64,000 nucleotides of DNA, from the NCBI RefSeq assembly GCF_001194135.2, contig NC_068990.1, positions 58,900,383 through 58,964,382 of the forward strand, read 5' to 3'. The DNA is from Octopus bimaculoides. Its lineage: Eukaryota. The notes beneath the pieces are model-generated. The model did no database searches. It saw only the letters and a program-made list of their open reading frames with translations, and was not told the origin of the DNA. Each line of letters begins with the position of its first letter. Position 1 is the first letter of the stretch. The position numbers and the translations under genes were made by a program. Positions 27,180 to 64,000 of the stretch are shown piece by piece.

Positions 27180-27800
27180 GGAAGTAGTACGGCGGCTGCT
27201 ATCCAGGCCGCATCAATTTCCGGTGATCTGCCTTCTACCCTAACCCTGGAAGCACGTCTCCCAAGGTATGTGGATAGAAGCACCACTTCTTCATTTTTCA
27301 ACGGTGCTGCCGAAGGTAGCCTAGTAGTAGCCGCCTCTCGGAAACGCACCTCTATTGTTCCATATTCTGTTCCTCTGGCAAAATATGTAATTTCTTGCCA
27401 GATTGGTCTTAATGCTCTTCAATTTGCGTGGTTGCCATAATTCCTATTTTTCCCTGCTTCTGTTGAATATGTTCTATAGATTATTGTTCTTTCCTTTGTT
27501 TTATTTATTATCTCTTGAGGAGGGGACACCTTTACATCGTATCCCTCTCTACTGAGAAAATCCTTGTAACACTTCAACAAGTCAATTTCGTTATTCTGGC
27601 TCCTTGTAACATCTGCAAAGTTCCTCTTCTTCATTTGCTCGTCTATTTATAAATTGATCTTAACAACTCCACCTCAGAAGACGTCAGTTCCGAGGAGGTG
27701 AGGTCCTCGTATTGCATCATACTTGATTAACCCTCCTCTTCGAAGAGGGAAAGCGTCAACAGTCTGCCGCAAGGCAGCAAAACAAATTAACAAAGTGTTC
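27180..27800 (-). mobile_element. N-terminal fragment of an L1/Tx1-like ORF1
   Basis: NFADVTRS... and TYLGRRASRVRVEGRSPEIDAAWIAAAVL in broken frames; family assignment from motif resemblance only. Confidence 0.55.
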
Positions 27801-27881
27801 AAAGAAAACGAAACAAGTAATAAACAGCAAAGTATAACTCACGATAGACAGACATAAAAAAAACTCGAACCTCAACTAGAA

Positions 27882-28908
27882 CTTTCTTTATTTGGCACTT
27901 AGGCCATAACACAGAGGGGGACACAAGGACAGACAAAGTAATACAGTACGTGGGGTACAAAGAATGAATGGAATGAATTACTTACAATGAGGTGATGAAA
28001 TGGCTTACGAGTCCCCCAAAACTCGCAGTTTCATTAAACAGTTCTCTCATACAGTTAATAATCAGGTTTCTTCTTTAGCAATTGTAAGTGGCCACAGCAC
28101 CTCTACCGTTACTACACTTGGCAGGGTGTCGTAGCCCACGTATAATCCACTTATTTGAAACTTGTCCGGGTGTATCTGCTGCAGTCTCTGCATCACATGT
28201 TCTTCCACCAATATCGCTTTCTTTTTTTCTTCAAACGTTTCAGGGTCCAGTTTAACCCTTACTAAACCTTTTATTTTTGCAATCGTCTTTTCCAATTCTA
28301 AATCCTTGTCGTAAATAATCACGGTTTTAATATTTTTAAAATCAACTCTTCCAATTACCTTTCCTTGCTCTTGTCTGCTTGTCTATTATCTTGTTCGACC
28401 ATTTCCTCCGCTTTTCCTTTCTTTTCACTTTTTCGTGCTCTGTATCTTGGCTTCGGTTCTCAGCTTCGTCTTTTTCGGTTTCCATTTCCTTCGCTGTCTT
28501 TTTTTTTTTTTTTTTGAGGGTTCTTTGGCGGCGATTCTGTCCGCATACGTTTTCTATCTGTTTCTTGAGAAATTTTCTCGCACTCCACAGTTTTCGCCTG
28601 TTTTTTTCTCCACCTCCTCTTGTACGCCTTCCACCATCTCCTCTTCACAGACCTCTATTTCTTTCACTTGTACTTCTCTGCGGGGACACACCGCCTGCAT
28701 GTTTCCCCTACTTTTACACTTATAATAGATTGGAGGTCTCCCCTCCACTACAACTCTTAGTCGTGCTCCGTCGGGGAGCTCCACCTCCTCTGCTATATTG
28801 TGCAGATCTGGTAGGGTTATTTGTACGAGTGCATCTATACCAAATCCCCACCAGTTGATCTCTCTCGATTTCTCTATTTTCAAAACTTCCACTTCGTCCT
28901 TGCAATTA
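27882..28908 (-). mobile_element. ORF1-only L1/Tx1-like non-autonomous retroelement (HAL1-like), 5'-truncated
   Basis: RVVVEGRPPIYYKCKSRGNMQAVCP (decayed CCHC knuckle), charged linker, C-terminal ORF ending at 28062, ~180-bp 3' UTR ending AATAAAGAAAG; exact 17-bp direct repeat TCGAACCTCAACTAGAA at 27865-27881 and 28909-28925. Confidence 0.75.
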
Positions 28909-31641
28909 TCGAACCTCAACTAGAATAATCGTTGTCGTAACCGACCTGTCAATTTGACTATCCACCACATACATAAAGTTAGCAGAGTTCAAGTGACTAA
29001 GACATAAATCGGCTAAGGGAAGAACATCTGTTGAATTTCACTCTTGTCAACTTAATGTCTCTTTATGGGAAAAGTCTGTTGTACATTTAAGTGAAATTTG
29101 GCGATTGAGGATCGAATCCACGCTATGCCTGCATGAAGCCACTACATACACAAGAACTGATTTTCTAAAATAGTTTTTTTTAATACATTTAGAGACTGTC
29201 ATTTGCTTAGCTTAAATAGTTTTTTTTAAGGTAGTGAACATTTTGTTAAAAAGAAACGTCTGAAAGTCAAAAATGCAGTAATCTCTCTCTCTCTCTCTCT
29301 CCCTCTCTCTGTTTTTATATATATATATATAATCTCCATAAAATGAGACATGAAATTTTAAAAAATTGTATTTCGTCAGTATATATGTGTACGCGTTCAC
29401 CGNNNNNNNNNNNNNNNNNNNNNNNNNNNNNNNNNNNNNNNNNNNNNNNNNNNNNNNNNNNNNNNNNNNNNNNNNNNNNNNNNNNNNNNNNNNNNNNNNN
29501 NNNNNNNNNNNNNNNNNNNNNNNNNNNNNNNNNNNNNNNNNNNNNNNNNNNNNNNNNNNNNNNNNNNNNNNNNNNNNNNNNNNNNNNNNNNNNNNNNNNN
29601 NNNNNNNNNNNNNNNNNNNNNNNNNNNNNNNNNNNNNNNNNNNNNNNNNNNNNNNNNNNNNNNNNNNNNNNNNNNNNNNNNNNNNNNNNNNNNNNNNNNN
29701 NNNNNNNNNNNNNNNNNNNNNNNNNNNNNNNNNNNNNNNNNNNNNNNNNNNNNNNNNNNNNNNNNNNNNNNNNNNNNNNNNNNNNNNNNNNNNNNNNNNN
29801 NNNNNNNNNNNNNNNNNNNNNNNNNNNNNNNNNNNNNNNNNNNNNNNNNNNNNNNNNNNNNNNNNNNNNNNNNNNNNNNNNNNNNNNNNNNNNNNNNNNN
29901 NNNNNNNNNNNNNNNNNNNNNNNNNNNNNNNNNNNNNNNNNNNNNNNNNNNNNNNNNNNNNNNNNNNNNNNNNNNNNNNNNNNNNNNNNNNNNNNNNNNN
30001 NNNNNNNNNNNNNNNNNNNNNNNNNNNNNNNNNNNNNNNNNNNNNNNNNNNNNNNNNNNNNNNNNNNNNNNNNNNNNNNNNNNNNNNNNNNNNNNNNNNN
30101 NNNNNNNNNNNNNNNNNNNNNNNNNNNNNNNNNNNNNNNNNNNNNNNNNNNNNNNNNNNNNNNNNNNNNNNNNNNNNNNNNNNNNNNNNNNNNNNNNNNN
30201 NNNNNNNNNNNNNNNNNNNNNCTGATGACCATTTGGAAAACGTTGGTCCAGCACGTGGTCTGGTGTAAAATTTCCGAGCGGCAACCAACATCATATAATC
30301 CTTAATTCGTGTCCGTTTCGACATAAATCCCAGCAGCATGTCTTCTGGCTCTTTACGTTCTGAGTTCAAAATCCCGCAAAATCGACTTTGCCTTCCAGTC
30401 TTTTGAAATCGATAAAATTAGTACCAGCTTCCCGCTCCCCTCACGATTTGAAACAATTATTATCATTACGACCTTCGATTAAGGCGAATCTTGGAAAAAA
30501 AAAAAAAAAAGGCGGAATTCTGATTTTAGCACCCCTCCCCCATAACTTAATTTTGGGGAATTTTCAGAAAATTTTTGCGAATTTGTTCTGCACACGGGAA
30601 TCTATACATTTATGCAAGAATAAGATTGTTTTGTATACGTGATTTAAGGGCGATTTATCTCTTATTTTTAGCACATTTCAAGGGCCCCCTGATACCTTCC
30701 TTGTTTCATCCTCACGTGTATCGATGTTTTTTCAATATTTTCCTCGATAAAGTAAACTATTAGTCTTGTCTTGCAGTTCATATAACGACTGAGCCCCTCC
30801 CCTCAACATTGTTAGCTTTATGCCTATAATCAGAAATAGGTGGCGAGCTAGCAGAATCGTTAGCTTGCCGGGTAAAATGCTAAGTGGCAATTCGGCTGTC
30901 ATTACGTTTAGAGTTCGTAATGGCATCGAGGTCGATTTTTCCTTTTATCCTTTCGAGGTCGATAAGATAAGTATTAGTCGAACACTAGGCTAATGTAATT
31001 GACTTACCCTTTCCCCCGAAATTGCTGGCCTTGTATCAAAAATTAAAACCAATATTACATGCAGAAGTCAGCTAACGAAGGAATCTCAACCTGTCGGAAA
31101 TGGCAGTCAAATCTCCTTTATAACACGCCCTACCCTTTTACAAGAGTAACTAACTTGGAATTGGGTTAGAGTTCATTTTAATCTGTTAGAACTGGAAAAG
31201 GAATCGAATAAAATTGTTATATCTTTAACTTGAGTCATTGGACTGCGGCCATGCTGGAGTACTGTCTTCAAGTGGTTTTGCCAAACAAATCGACCCTATT
31301 ATTTCTAAAGTCCGGTATTCATACTATCGATCTATTTTGTCGAACTGCTACGTTACGAGAACGTAACAAACCAACAACAATTGTGATGCAGTGAGGGTGA
31401 CACACAGAAACACACAAACATATACGACGGGCTTCCACGCAGTTTCCGTCAAATTCACTCACAAAGGATTCGTAGGTCCGGAGCTATAGCAAAATACATT
31501 TGCCCAAGATGCCGTGCAGTGGGGGTGCAAAGAAAATTCTATATGTCAGTTTAAGAACAACTCAGCTACACATAAGACCACCTCTCACTTCCATAATCAT
31601 CCCTCAGCTTTGTCACCCAGCTGTCTCAATAGATATCAAAA

Positions 31642-31648
31642 TCACGTG
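31642..31648 (+). promoter_or_regulatory. E-box TCACGTG (CLEAR/M-box-like) 28 nt upstream of the GALNS ATG
   Basis: Motif seen directly; function inferred from the lysosomal role of the gene. Confidence 0.3.
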
Positions 31649-31676
31649 GTTACATTATTTCCTGGTTATTTTCGTA

Positions 31677-63576
<31,900 letters not shown>

Positions 63577-64000
63577 GTAATTTAATGAATAAGTAAACAG
63601 TTTGTTATACAAATATTAACATGTTACATAATTTATAGAGTAAAATTTCTTTTTCTTCACCAGTCAAGCATTAAATTTAATTTTTCTCCAGCTGAGCTTG
63701 TAATTTTTAATAAACATGCCCCTGACTTGTTTCCTTAGTATATTCTATATCGACTTTCTTATGTATGTATGTATATGTGAAGGTGTGTGGCTTAGTGGTT
63801 AGGTATATTTGGTTCATGATCATAAAGTTATGAGTTCATTTGCCCTTGAAAATGACACTTTATTTCATGTTGCTCTAGTCCACTCAGCGAGCAGAATTGA
63901 TTTGTATTTGAAAGGGGTCGGCCTTATCACATTCTATGTCGAGTGTTCAACCACTTCATCATCATCATCATCATCATCGTTTAACGTCCGCTTTCCATGC

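Overview
Eukaryotic, AT-rich draft-assembly sequence, dense in repeats and microsatellites, with many N gaps. The repeat landscape suggests a coleoid cephalopod, probably Octopus (inference). One host gene is supported: a lysosomal N-acetylgalactosamine-6-sulfatase (GALNS) on the + strand. Coding exons 1-13 lie at 31677-63576 (1449 nt, 483 codons, all GT-AG, phases continuous); the last exon lies beyond the window. Everything else I can assign is transposon-derived: several tRNA-headed SINE families, RTE, RLE (R4/Dong-like) and L1/Tx1-like LINE remnants, decayed Tc1, mariner and Merlin transposases, and hAT, Tc1, piggyBac-like and foldback MITEs. The strongest leads are (i) a dispersed ~200-bp repeat carrying minimal hammerhead-ribozyme cores, (ii) an ORF1-only (HAL1-like) retroelement with a 17-bp TSD next to a possibly permuted N-terminal half, (iii) an RLE LINE sitting in a (CATA)n microsatellite, (iv) a Merlin transposase relic, (v) a near-perfect 236-bp palindrome, and (vi) a shadow copy of the exon-13/intron-13 junction inside intron 12. 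Coordinates were read by eye. Exon boundaries are base-exact; repeat boundaries are approximate unless a TSD or TIR is quoted. No database searches were run.
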